Positions 28,966 to 38,807 of a stretch of 64,000 nt of DNA are shown one piece after another. The notes under the pieces were generated by a model. That model was given only the letters and a program-made list of their open reading frames with translations. It was not told the DNA's origin and did not search any database. Both the position numbers and the translations under genes were made by a program. The stretch is from a virus (Duplodnaviria > Caudoviricetes): IMG/VR virus record IMGVR_UViG_3300022555_000004; one strand, given 5' to 3'. Each line of letters begins with the position of its first letter. Position 1 is the stretch's first letter.

Positions 28966-29822
28966 ACTTTGTCATCCTTTAAAATTCTTGTAACAGACCA
29001 TCCTCTGTACGGTGTATTCTCTTTACATGCTTTTTGAAGCCAGTTACGATCAACATTATGTTCGGTTACAAATAATCGAATACTATTGGTCTTTTCTGTT
29101 ATGCCATCAGGAGATGTAATTGTGTATTCATATTTAGACATTTTTTCTCGTTGTTTGTTTTTTTGATGTTCGGTTCTTTTAGTTCCTAGTAATTTGCCCA
29201 TATGTGACAAACTCATTTTTAGGCGAATTTCTTCGGCTTTGTCAACGCCATATTTTTTTTCATATGTTTTTCCAATATTTTGTTTATTTCGCTCAATCAT
29301 ATAAGGTTTCTTTTTACCCTTTAGAGCTTCACTTATTTTTTTACTTACTTCTGGTCTACATGCTGGATTGTTTTTACCAGAACACTCTGGTCTTTTTACT
29401 CCAAACATTGGATTGCCCGAACCCATCATACGTTGGCTTTGTTCTTCACATTGTTCTTTAGTTTTTCTTCTTCCTATATTAGAGTCACGTATTCTTTTTT
29501 TAGTTTCTTCTGATGGTATCCAGCCATTGTTACCACCGCCGCCTAGGGTTAAATTATATCCATTTTTAGAAGCATGGCTTTTCAATTTTTTAATGTAATA
29601 GTTTTCCATTTTATCCATTTCTTCTTTTGACTGGCACTCACATAACACACACCATTCAAAATTTTCTTCTCCGTATTTTAAAAGAGCTCTGTGAAATGGA
29701 TAATCTTTCTCTTTGTTCTTTGCGGCTCTTATATGTGACATACTTCTTTTTCGCAATGTCTTTACTGTTTGGCCAATGTAACATTTACCGTTTTTCTTGT
29801 TTAGCGCCTTGTAGATTATCAT
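28962..29822 (-). CDS. GIY-YIG homing endonuclease (NUMOD3)
   Basis: IIYKALNKKNGKCYIGQT, NGYNLTLGGGG; likely start MIIYK at 29822. Confidence 0.88.
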   Translation of the reverse strand: MIIYKALNKKNGKCYIGQTVKTLRKRSMSHIRAAKNKEKDYPFHRALLKYGEENFEWCVLCECQSKEEMDKMENYYIKKLKSHASKNGYNLTLGGGGNNGWIPSEETKKRIRDSNIGRRKTKEQCEEQSQRMMGSGNPMFGVKRPECSGKNNPACRPEVSKKISEALKGKKKPYMIERNKQNIGKTYEKKYGVDKAEEIRLKMSLSHMGKLLGTKRTEHQKNKQREKMSKYEYTITSPDGITEKTNSIRLFVTEHNVDRNWLQKACKENTPYRGWSVTRILKDDKV

Positions 29823-29896
29823 AAATACCCCCAATTTGTTGTTAGAAGTATTTAGAGAAATTATCCTATTTCAATATAAATCTCCGAAACCCCTTA

Positions 29897-30682
29897 TCAG
29901 CCAACGATTATACCGAGGCCCTCATATACTTCCTCCAACCTAAGTGTTTCATCAAGATGTTCAATTTCTGATATACCTTCTTGTAGTAATGTATCGCCAT
30001 CCATTGATAATCCAACATTTGATCCAACAGCAGCGTAGTTGGCAAATTTACTTCTAACACGTCCTAAATTTATTTTTGTCAATGCTGTTACATAGTCTAT
30101 GAACCATATATTTTCATATAAGTCTTCATTGGTGCCTTCAATGCAGTATGTTCTAAGTAATAGATAGCCCGGTGTGTTAGCAACATATTGCCCGCCGCTT
30201 AGAACAGTTGTTACACCACTAGAAGGTGGCGGAGGTTGTATTTCCAATTGGTTTGTATATTTATGATATTTGAAATTATAGGCATCAACAACATATCGTT
30301 TTACCGTTTCTAAGAATCCTCTTGCTATATGGTATGATACAAGGGTATAGCTATCTCCGCCGCCTCGCATCAATATTTGATCATACATACCCATTTGATA
30401 TAGATAATTTTCAATTGTAAATAGGGTATGAATTGACCCCATTGTTTTGATATCATATCCAAGAACATCTGTTGTTCCTGATGGCATATCATATAATGTC
30501 TGGCCACCACGAAGTAATAATGTTATATATTTTTCTTGTGTTGCGTTGCCAACTGCCCATTTGATATATTTGCTTCTTGTATAGTCAATATTATCAAATA
30601 TTTGGGTATCATCAACCTCTATTTTTACCATTGGCGCGCCCAAACGTCTTTTAACCTTTTCGACCAATTCTTCTTTTATCAT
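29897..30682 (-). CDS. gp13: Neck protein gp13
   Basis: KRRLGAPMVKIEVDDTQI...DYVTALTKINLGRVRSKF...DGDTLLQEG. Confidence 0.9.
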   Translation of the reverse strand: MIKEELVEKVKRRLGAPMVKIEVDDTQIFDNIDYTRSKYIKWAVGNATQEKYITLLLRGGQTLYDMPSGTTDVLGYDIKTMGSIHTLFTIENYLYQMGMYDQILMRGGGDSYTLVSYHIARGFLETVKRYVVDAYNFKYHKYTNQLEIQPPPPSSGVTTVLSGGQYVANTPGYLLLRTYCIEGTNEDLYENIWFIDYVTALTKINLGRVRSKFANYAAVGSNVGLSMDGDTLLQEGISEIEHLDETLRLEEVYEGLGIIVG

Positions 30683-30725
30683 ATTTTTATAATCCTCGTT
30701 TCAATATTATATCTCTATTTATAAT

Positions 30726-33700
30726 TTATGAGATTAAAATATCATCCAACCACTTAAATGAATTATCTATGTTTGGGTCTTCAAGGTCAGCCATAACACC
30801 CCATATTTCTTCTTCATTATCTGATGTAAAACTTGATTTCAATTCGAGCGTTTCATCAAAAATATCCATCTGTGTTACGTATACTGCCCAATATAAGGCA
30901 CTTACTAAGTCGTCTTTCAAGTCTTTTCCGAAAAATTTACCATTTTGTTCAATAAAAGATGATAACTGTTCAACTGTTTCTTTGTCATTTATTATCAAAC
31001 ATTCATCTTCAATCAATTTTTTCATCAATAGAACTGCTTTTGGTTTAGTGTTCTTTGTTGCTCTAATGCCTAGGTTGGCTGCTTTGTTTCCTGTATTTAT
31101 TAGATTTTCTGTTTCGATGTCCCACCATAGTTTATTGACAACAGCGGCCCCTTCTGCATTGTTTTCAACCATTATAAAGGCACCATTATAATAAATGCTT
31201 ACCCTATTTATTATATCAGCAAATGAATATACATCGGTGAAGTCATCTTGATAAACGGCCACTTGTTCAAATATGATTGGTTTCATTGACACAAATTTTA
31301 ATACTTGAATAACGGAATCGTTTTCGCCTGTTCCCTTGGCAGTGTCACAGTTATGGGTTACTAAATTACGGCATAAGAATGTATGTGATTCTGTTTCAAA
31401 ATTATACACATCACCATTATATCGCGATTTTGTGATATTTTTTATTCGTATATAAATTTGTGTTTTATCATCATTGAAATAACAATATCTTTTATTTCTA
31501 TTTCTTATTATTTTTATTTTTGTTATATCAAAATCTTTATAATTGAGTTCATTTAGAAGATTTACACTATCATAATTATGTAATTTGAGTTGATATGTTT
31601 CTTTTATATTACAAGTTCTCCCGCAGACATTTCCTATTCCTTTTTTCCTCAATAGACCAATAGATGAAATATGGCCAAGAGAATATAATATATCTTGTAT
31701 ATCTTCCATAAGATAAAGTGAGGTACTAACTATGGACACACTACATTGCTTATTTCTATACAGCACACATCCGTCACTATCTATATATCCACGAATCAAT
31801 TCTAATTTGTATTCTGTGGGGATGTATTTTACCCATTCTGATATATATTTTTCATGTGAATATTGACCAAAAGTATCCTGTAAAAAATGATGTATTTGTT
31901 TGCTGTTGAATCGTGTTGAAATAGTGCTTGAATCGTCCCTTTTTCTTATACTTACACATCTATCATATTTTTCTATAATGTTTTTAATTTTTTCAGCAAA
32001 ATGATATTCTTTTTTAGCATCATGACATGTGTATATTCCGTAGCTATCATTTCTGCTCTGAATCCATCCATCCCCAAGCCATATACCAATAAACCACCAA
32101 AAATCTTTATCTGTCAGTGGATTATCTTTTATTTGAAAATCTGTTCGTGTTATAGTATTATATTTATCCCATTTCTTATCTAATTCATTATTAGATATTA
32201 TTTTGTTATACATATTTGGAAAACAAATCCAATCATTTATATTCACATCTTCCGTTTTTATATATTGAAAATTAAAATCTCTATATCTATTCATGCCGTG
32301 TGTAGGATGGTTTTTCATTCTCTTCATTTTTATTGGTTGATGTGATGCATATAGTGGATGCTCGCCGGTGAATTTTGTTTTTCTTACAGAACCGTATGTT
32401 TCTATATCATAAACATCTCCTTCAAAATCTTTGTATACTTGTATATTTTTTATTTTTGTTTCGTTACCATTATTATCATATAATATATCAGAAGGTGTTA
32501 TATCTATGATGTTTTTTAGGCCATTAACAGTAAGAACATTTTCATTTGGAGGTAAGCACCCAACAACATATTTTGCGTCTTTTAGTGGTTTTTCATAAAT
32601 TCTAAACTTATCATTCATTTCAGTAAGTATTGGTTCATTATACATAGAAAACAAATATTCCATTACATCCGGCGATATAACTGTATTTGTTGAACCGAGA
32701 AACTCTACAGCATATTCTTGAGCGAATTTTTTATTCCCTAGATTTTTTCTTTGATTTTCTGCCCATACAGCATCTCTGCCAGGCACGTCTTTCCACGTTG
32801 ATTTGAAATGTTTGAAATTATTTTCATTACGTTCAGCATTACTATATAGTGTGTGAAATGAATTGAACATACCATGTGGCGTTTGGTGCCCTATATAACC
32901 ATTATATATAACAGAATGACACCAATCATCATTATCTATGTTATCTAAAGAAAAATCATATACCTCATTTTGTGAGATACCAATACTCTTTATCCGTTCC
33001 CATTTTATATTTTTTGATACACAGTTTTCTAAAATATAGTTAAATTTTTCTTCTTTAGGTATTTTCTGTAATATATCCTTTATTCGCAACATCAATCGTC
33101 GTGATAAATGATTTACATCACGTTTTCTATTAATGGATGGCATGTATTTTTTGATTTCTTTTGTATATGGCGTTATATATGTATTTGCAAATGGTATTAT
33201 ATCAACCTTTTCTTGTTCACATATACCTAATTTACATTTATTATTTTGTTTTCTTGTAAACCTAAACCCTATTTCATCATAGAATGTCATTGACGATGTT
33301 CTATCTAGTTCTAGTTTATAATAATTAGAACTGACACGAACCCTTTTTGTTGGTTGAGTTACCCCCTCAAAATAATTAGACAAACACCCAATATTCAACA
33401 AAATCATTTTTATTTGTTCAATAAGTTTTTTTGATGATAGACTTATCCCTATTGTACCTCTATCCGAACGTGAATACCCATCCCCATCAAATATTCCTGA
33501 TATCATCGCACATGTATTTTCTTTTGACATACTCATAAGTTTTAAGGGAATTTCTTTGTTTTTAGCGTGAAGTTTTATATTAAACCCAATGTGTTGTAAT
33601 AAATTGGACAATGATGTATTACTAATATTATAATGCAAACCATCTTTATTCAAATAATAGTTTAAATTCAATTTATCCAATATATTACTAATATCATCAC

Positions 33701-35342
33701 CACATGTTATTGTGACACCATGTTCGTAAGCATTCCCCTCTGCTATATATAGGCCAAACAAATATGCTAAATCAGGGGTAATTGTGTCTACTGACATACA
33801 TTTGTTTTTTTGAAACTTCCTCACATATTTTTTATTATTATATGTTGTCTCATAGTCCTCTGATATAAAGTCTATTTTATCATCATTTCCCCATATATTC
33901 ATACCGTACTGTATTGATACAAAGTCGCCTTTGTCCAACTCGGATATTTTATACCATCCATATTTACCATCCTTACAGGCAAATAGTTTATGATTTAGAC
34001 TCCCCTCTATAGATGATGTAGTTGTTGTAATAATTTTTGTATCTACCTTCCCACTATTTACAATCAAAGAACCATTATTCATCTTAGTTTTCCCTAGTAT
34101 GGAATAATTATCAACAAAATATGGTACTTCTTTTTCAGTATTGATGAAATCATTTAGTTGCCGGATGCCTCTTTTAGTATAGATGTATGTTTTGCCTATT
34201 ACGCAACTCACTATTATGATTTTAGCATCGGTTGATGCGGAAATGGTAGGATAGTTGGCTGCCCAGAAGGCATCAGCAACAAATTTAGGTACGAAAGCGT
34301 ATTCATCCATACAATTTTTCGTGTGATGGCAACGATTTACGAGAAACATATTTTTTTCATTGTCTACATTTATGACATCAAACACATCGTCTGTTCTGTC
34401 ATATGTTATACCTGACACTGGGGTGGAACATCCATCAATTTTATCAACATCAGGTATCAGGTCACAGACTTTTTTCTTTTCGCCTTCAACATAGAATGTG
34501 TGATTGGTTGTTGCTGTGACAACATCTTCACCACTTTTTATGGTAAAAAGTTTATCCTGACCTTTTTTATTGATTCCCTTAAAGTTACACCAACCATACG
34601 GGGTCAATATCTCATATTTTGTATTTTCAACATAATCCATTATTTTCTTCAATTCATTATGTAATTCATCCAATGAAATTTCTTTTATTTCACCTGTTGT
34701 TTTATCTCTTACTGTTACTGTATTTTCACCGCCAAGACAAAGTAGATTCAAAGTTCTTCCACGGAAGGCATCTTCTGATGTAGCAGATACCATTATTCGC
34801 GTTCCGTTTTCAAATGTTATAAATGTTTTAGACCATTCTGTTATGCCTGGTTTCATCCATGTAGGCAATTCTTGATATACACGTTTGATACGGTTCATAA
34901 TATCAATAGCTGATACTTGTTTGTTAGATACGATGCCGATGGTTTTATCATCATTGAAGATGGCATACCACAAAACATAGGCTGATATTGTGGTTGTGTT
35001 GTGTGATACAATACCATTCGTGTAGTATAATGAATCATCAACATTAGACAGATCATACATGTTCTCAAATTCATCATGTATAATAATATTACTAATAAAT
35101 AATTCACCATTTTTACCATCAATTGACGATCCTATACAAAGGTCTTTAGCAAATATCTTATTATTACCAGACATAAAAATATGCATATCAGCACATTTTA
35201 TTGAATTGGTGTTAGTGAATTGTATTTCATATATTTGAAATGGTTTTGTTTTATATATACCATCAAAATCTTTCCATCCATCAGGTGTCAATACTTCATA
35301 ATCATCAATATCAACATTGTCAATAAATTTATCATCTATCAT
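30726..35342 (-). CDS. gp17: Terminase large subunit gp17, C-terminal gene (IntC plus C-extein with three more inteins)
   Basis: True start MIDDKF at 35342 (GGAGG RBS). Exteins include TTTISAY (Walker A), FRGRTLNLL/CMDEYAFV (Walker B), IIIVS/TPHG, G/CDTAKGTG and DDLVSAL. Confidence 0.92.
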   Translation of the reverse strand: MIDDKFIDNVDIDDYEVLTPDGWKDFDGIYKTKPFQIYEIQFTNTNSIKCADMHIFMSGNNKIFAKDLCIGSSIDGKNGELFISNIIIHDEFENMYDLSNVDDSLYYTNGIVSHNTTTISAYVLWYAIFNDDKTIGIVSNKQVSAIDIMNRIKRVYQELPTWMKPGITEWSKTFITFENGTRIMVSATSEDAFRGRTLNLLCLGGENTVTVRDKTTGEIKEISLDELHNELKKIMDYVENTKYEILTPYGWCNFKGINKKGQDKLFTIKSGEDVVTATTNHTFYVEGEKKKVCDLIPDVDKIDGCSTPVSGITYDRTDDVFDVINVDNEKNMFLVNRCHHTKNCMDEYAFVPKFVADAFWAANYPTISASTDAKIIIVSCVIGKTYIYTKRGIRQLNDFINTEKEVPYFVDNYSILGKTKMNNGSLIVNSGKVDTKIITTTTSSIEGSLNHKLFACKDGKYGWYKISELDKGDFVSIQYGMNIWGNDDKIDFISEDYETTYNNKKYVRKFQKNKCMSVDTITPDLAYLFGLYIAEGNAYEHGVTITCGDDISNILDKLNLNYYLNKDGLHYNISNTSLSNLLQHIGFNIKLHAKNKEIPLKLMSMSKENTCAMISGIFDGDGYSRSDRGTIGISLSSKKLIEQIKMILLNIGCLSNYFEGVTQPTKRVRVSSNYYKLELDRTSSMTFYDEIGFRFTRKQNNKCKLGICEQEKVDIIPFANTYITPYTKEIKKYMPSINRKRDVNHLSRRLMLRIKDILQKIPKEEKFNYILENCVSKNIKWERIKSIGISQNEVYDFSLDNIDNDDWCHSVIYNGYIGHQTPHGMFNSFHTLYSNAERNENNFKHFKSTWKDVPGRDAVWAENQRKNLGNKKFAQEYAVEFLGSTNTVISPDVMEYLFSMYNEPILTEMNDKFRIYEKPLKDAKYVVGCLPPNENVLTVNGLKNIIDITPSDILYDNNGNETKIKNIQVYKDFEGDVYDIETYGSVRKTKFTGEHPLYASHQPIKMKRMKNHPTHGMNRYRDFNFQYIKTEDVNINDWICFPNMYNKIISNNELDKKWDKYNTITRTDFQIKDNPLTDKDFWWFIGIWLGDGWIQSRNDSYGIYTCHDAKKEYHFAEKIKNIIEKYDRCVSIRKRDDSSTISTRFNSKQIHHFLQDTFGQYSHEKYISEWVKYIPTEYKLELIRGYIDSDGCVLYRNKQCSVSIVSTSLYLMEDIQDILYSLGHISSIGLLRKKGIGNVCGRTCNIKETYQLKLHNYDSVNLLNELNYKDFDITKIKIIRNRNKRYCYFNDDKTQIYIRIKNITKSRYNGDVYNFETESHTFLCRNLVTHNCDTAKGTGENDSVIQVLKFVSMKPIIFEQVAVYQDDFTDVYSFADIINRVSIYYNGAFIMVENNAEGAAVVNKLWWDIETENLINTGNKAANLGIRATKNTKPKAVLLMKKLIEDECLIINDKETVEQLSSFIEQNGKFFGKDLKDDLVSALYWAVYVTQMDIFDETLELKSSFTSDNEEEIWGVMADLEDPNIDNSFKWLDDILIS
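31350..32558 (-). mobile_element. TerL intein 4 (403 aa, LAGLIDADG) in the nuclease domain
   Basis: CLPPNENVLT...NLVTHN|C; FIGIWLGDG and IRGYIDSDG motifs. Confidence 0.9.
32883..34205 (-). mobile_element. TerL intein 3 (441 aa, LAGLIDADG), ending in Gln
   Basis: CVIGKTYI...YNGYIGHQ|T; FGLYIAEG and ISGIFDGDG motifs. Confidence 0.9.
34314..34739 (-). mobile_element. TerL mini-intein 2 (142 aa) at Walker B
   Basis: CLGGENTV...ATTNH...HTKN|CMDE. Confidence 0.85.
34998..35342 (-). mobile_element. C-terminal half (IntC, 115 aa) of an atypically split intein
   Basis: Has block B (CADMH) and block F/G (MYDL...TNGIVSHN|T) but no N-terminal Cys block. Confidence 0.88.
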
Positions 35343-35385
35343 ACGCAAAAAAATACCTCCATTTTCTATGAAGGTATTTATACTA
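35343..35385 (-). promoter_or_regulatory. Late promoter plus RBS-occluding hairpin, copy 2
   Basis: TATAAATACCTTCATAGAAAATGGAGGTATTTTTTTGCGTATG. Confidence 0.75.
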
Positions 35386-35404
35386 TAAGAATGTAAAGTG
35401 TAAA

Positions 35405-36502
35405 TCAATTGTGGATAAAAGACAAACATTTGTTAATTATACTTTTCGGATCTTTATTAAAATCTCTTTCCGTAACATGTAAAACTTTTATACCTGTAGC
35501 TTCGATTAATTTTGTTCTATTTTCATCTCGTTCTTTATTTCCTCTTTTTTCACCGTGCCAATAATCGCCATCAAATTCAATACACTTATTAATATCTTTA
35601 ATAAAAAAATCCAATTTACAATATGTTTGCCCAATATCTAATTTATATTCAAAATTTCTATTTTCTTCTATTTGTTGGATGTTTTGATTTAATTGAGCAA
35701 AATAAATTTGCTTATATTTATTTTTAGTTTTTTCATATAGATTCCAAAACAAAATTTGTGATATAGAGGAAAAATTTTGTTTTGGGAAATTAGACATCCA
35801 TTTATCTTGCCTTTCTTTCCATCTAATGCTACCGCCAACTTCGCCATACTTTTCAATACATTTTTCAAGTGAGAATGTAGTTTGACGTTTTGATATTTTT
35901 TCAATAGCTTCTTCTTCTGTAACACCTCTTTTAATCCAATATTCTATTTGTGTTGGCAATCTTCCTGATCCATCAGTTAATTTATCTGATAAATTAATAT
36001 ACATTGAATTAATTTTATTATTCTTTTCACTTTCTGTTAAATCCACATAACCAACAAATTTTTTACTATAAGGCGAAAGTTTGCCACCATGTTGATAAGC
36101 TGGATTCTTATCACCGCTTATTTTTTGCGACATTTTTTCTAATTCAACAATAGAATATATATCATTTGTAGTTGTGTTATGTTTTTCATGATATTCATTT
36201 ATTGACATTTTATGATAATCTCTAATGTGAGGCCCTAATATTGCACCATAAAATCCACATTCTTTACATATTACATAGTCATTAGATGATCTGTTTTTAA
36301 ATTTTTCCCTTGATTTTTGTATTCTTGTGTGTTCTTCACAACAACATTTAGATCCCCGTCTTTTTATTGGTTCGTTACAAATTAAACATTTTCCGTACAG
36401 ATTATATTTTAATTTATATTGTAAATTGGATAAACAGTGCTTATTCCTTACATGTTGAAATACATCATTACATTCATAACCGCATTCAAGACATTTTTCC
36501 AT
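35405..36502 (-). CDS. Free-standing Vsr/DUF559-like endonuclease separating the two terL halves
   Basis: N-terminal Cys/His zinc-finger-like repeats and C-terminal LDFFIKDINKCIEFDGDYWHG. Likely start MEKCLEC at 36502. Confidence 0.75.
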   Translation of the reverse strand: MEKCLECGYECNDVFQHVRNKHCLSNLQYKLKYNLYGKCLICNEPIKRRGSKCCCEEHTRIQKSREKFKNRSSNDYVICKECGFYGAILGPHIRDYHKMSINEYHEKHNTTTNDIYSIVELEKMSQKISGDKNPAYQHGGKLSPYSKKFVGYVDLTESEKNNKINSMYINLSDKLTDGSGRLPTQIEYWIKRGVTEEEAIEKISKRQTTFSLEKCIEKYGEVGGSIRWKERQDKWMSNFPKQNFSSISQILFWNLYEKTKNKYKQIYFAQLNQNIQQIEENRNFEYKLDIGQTYCKLDFFIKDINKCIEFDGDYWHGEKRGNKERDENRTKLIEATGIKVLHVTERDFNKDPKSIINKCLSFIHN

Positions 36503-36571
36503 AAAATTACCTTTCCATGTCAATTTTATTTATATAATATATTTATAACAAAACGACAAAAAGGTAAAGGT

Positions 36572-36913
36572 TTATTTTTTATTTTTATCAAATAATTTAC
36601 CTATAGGAATATCCATAATATCCCCCGTTTTTTTGTTACGCACCGAAACTACAGTAGAATATGATAAACATTTACCACTCTGTCGTGACGCTAGAATAAC
36701 ATTGAATCTGTTGTCTTGAAGATTTCTAAGGATTTGTTTTTGAAAATCATAAGGTTCAAATACAACAATACCTCTATCTGGATGTATGATTTTTATATAT
36801 GGTAGAAAATTCCAAATATCTGTATAACATTTGTGTAATTCTAACAACATTTCCGGTGTATATTCAATTTCTTTATTTGGTTTTTTTAGAAAATCCGTAT
36901 ATTTAATACCCAT
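36572..36913 (-). CDS. gp17: Terminase large subunit gp17, N-terminal gene (81-aa extein plus 32-aa IntN)
   Basis: IIHPDRGIVVFEPYDFQ...NVILASRQSGK|CLSYSTVVSVRNKKTG...KNKK*. Start MGIKY at 36913. Confidence 0.92.
   Translation of the reverse strand: MGIKYTDFLKKPNKEIEYTPEMLLELHKCYTDIWNFLPYIKIIHPDRGIVVFEPYDFQKQILRNLQDNRFNVILASRQSGKCLSYSTVVSVRNKKTGDIMDIPIGKLFDKNKK
36575..36670 (-). mobile_element. N-terminal half (IntN, 32 aa) of the split intein
   Basis: Block A CLSYSTVV follows Walker A GK directly; the ORF stops 32 aa later. Confidence 0.88.
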
Positions 36914-36959
36914 AACGCAAAAAAATACCTCCATAATTTCTTATGAAGGTATTTATACG
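36914..36959 (-). promoter_or_regulatory. Late promoter plus RBS-occluding hairpin, copy 1
   Basis: TATAAATACCTTCATAAGAAATTATGGAGGTATTTTTTTGCGTTATG. Confidence 0.75.
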
Positions 36960-36985
36960 GTATTGTGTTGAAATGTAAAATATTG

Positions 36986-37283
36986 TTATTTATTATATTC
37001 TTTATCTTGTGCTTTTTCTAAGGCGTCTTGACTATCATAAGCACCAAGTATTTGTTCTTTTGACTTTGGGTCAGCACCAACATATAGGGCACGTCCATTG
37101 TTATTAGCTTTTATTATCATATCAGCTATTGTTTCAGGGTTTTGTTCATCTTTATATGATTTTTTCAAAAGTCGTATTAGGTCATTTTTCTTATTATATC
37201 TGACGTTTTCCTTCATCATAATAAAAATTTACTTTACGGAAAATTCCAGTATATTCATCAATTCGTTCTAATAGACTTTTCAT
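36986..37283 (-). CDS. Small hypothetical protein, possibly one gene with a frameshift at 37223-37227
   Basis: ATG 37283 has a GGGGG RBS and TATAAATA but stops after 29 aa. The +1 frame ORF 36986..37219 has no obvious RBS. Confidence 0.45.
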
Positions 37284-37321
37284 ATTTCCCCCATAATAAT
37301 TATTATCATTATTTATAATAA

Positions 37322-38806
37322 TTATTTTTTTTCTGAAACACGCGCCATGACTTCTTTATCCCCTAGATGCGTTCTCAAAAAAACATCACGACCCCATAGA
37401 AATGTAATATGTTTCAACGTTTCTTCTGTGTATTGTCGGTCTAAAGGAGCACCAGTAAATACGTGATTCAAAAGCAAATGGCCGGCACCATTGTTGAAAT
37501 TACCATCAACAACTTCAATTTTTGGTATGCCATTATTTGAAAACGAATTGATGATAATTTTTCTTACTTCATCGGCGGTATGTTCACTTCTAATATATTC
37601 GATTGAACCATCTAGATATTTATGTTCAATATAAATGAACAAATCCAATTCTTCAATGATATCAGTAGTCAAAAAGTCTTGAAAGAACATCCAATCTGTA
37701 TATGTTGGCATTACATCTTTGATCTTTTCAACGCCCTTCATTTCTTTTGTATCCCAATTATCCTTCAATTGAAAATTTTGACATTCGGCCCATTCAGACC
37801 CATGTTGCCCTCTATCCCATCGTTTTTCTATTGTAGACCAAATATGTGATCCAATAAGATATGGGTTCATTGACATCCTACTTTGTGCTTTTACAAGAGC
37901 ATTAGAATAGTTGTATTGTCCATGTTCTTCCGGTGTCAAATCGCCTTCATGAAACAATGTGTCTAATACTTTTTGATGGATGTGACAAGCAAATCCTTCA
38001 TTCATAAATTTAGTTCGTATGATAGGCCAATAATACTGACCTTCATATCTAATGACTTCGAGAATGTCTTTTTGCCAGTCTTCAAGAACAGAAGAATTAT
38101 CAATGATGTATCGTAACAAATCTTCTGTTGGCTCAACAGGCGACATCATTTTCACCATCCTTGATAATGAACGATTATAATTTTCAACATCGTTTTTTTC
38201 GTTAGGATTGCCTAAGATAACATCAGCAAATTCGGATATTCTAGGTCTATGAGATTCTTTCATTTGATTATAAACTCTTATACGTTTTTCGTCTTCCGTT
38301 TCTGTATTGAACGGTGAACTGTGCATTTGAATTGAATGGCCGGCATCAATTGTTCTTTCAACATAATCAAGACCATATAATTTTTCATATTCATTTACCC
38401 TATGGTTGGCTTCGGCCAACATTGTTCCCATATCAATTCGTGCTTTTTCAAACATTTTATTTTCTTTGAAAAATACACTATGGCCTACAACGTGTGCCAT
38501 AACTAGAACTTGAACAGCAAATGTGTTAGAGTTCATTAGATATGCTCTACACGGATCGCCAAAGATAACACATTCGTAAGGAAGGTGATTACTCAAATTT
38601 TCAAAAATGGTTCTTTGCCTTTCGTAGTCCCTGCCGAATTTCCAATTGCTGATTTGCGTGGGCCCTCTATATGCCAATATTTCCCACATTTTTTGTTCAG
38701 GTATAACATCCCACTCAATAGGGATAAAAGAATATCCCATATCAGTTACAAGTCTGTTTATCTTATCTTCTAATTTAATCAATCGTTTTAGATCATTTTT
38801 TTCCAT
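37322..38806 (-). CDS. spoVR: SpoVR/YcgB family protein
   Basis: WKFGRDYE, YECV..DPCRAYLMNSN, LVMAHVVGHSVFFKEN, RTKFMNEGFA, NPYLIG. Confidence 0.93.
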   Translation of the reverse strand: MEKNDLKRLIKLEDKINRLVTDMGYSFIPIEWDVIPEQKMWEILAYRGPTQISNWKFGRDYERQRTIFENLSNHLPYECVIFGDPCRAYLMNSNTFAVQVLVMAHVVGHSVFFKENKMFEKARIDMGTMLAEANHRVNEYEKLYGLDYVERTIDAGHSIQMHSSPFNTETEDEKRIRVYNQMKESHRPRISEFADVILGNPNEKNDVENYNRSLSRMVKMMSPVEPTEDLLRYIIDNSSVLEDWQKDILEVIRYEGQYYWPIIRTKFMNEGFACHIHQKVLDTLFHEGDLTPEEHGQYNYSNALVKAQSRMSMNPYLIGSHIWSTIEKRWDRGQHGSEWAECQNFQLKDNWDTKEMKGVEKIKDVMPTYTDWMFFQDFLTTDIIEELDLFIYIEHKYLDGSIEYIRSEHTADEVRKIIINSFSNNGIPKIEVVDGNFNNGAGHLLLNHVFTGAPLDRQYTEETLKHITFLWGRDVFLRTHLGDKEVMARVSEKK

Positions 38807-38807
38807 T

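Noticed and set aside
35343-35429. ORF-track N-terminal extensions (terL 35429; also 3696, 4675, 5042, 36934, 40593, 41452)
   Set aside because: RBS and promoter positions point to downstream ATGs.
35343-36571. Group I intron interrupting terL
   Set aside because: Intein blocks A and B/F/G on either side, a separate RBS and promoter for the second half, and no recognisable intron core favour protein trans-splicing.
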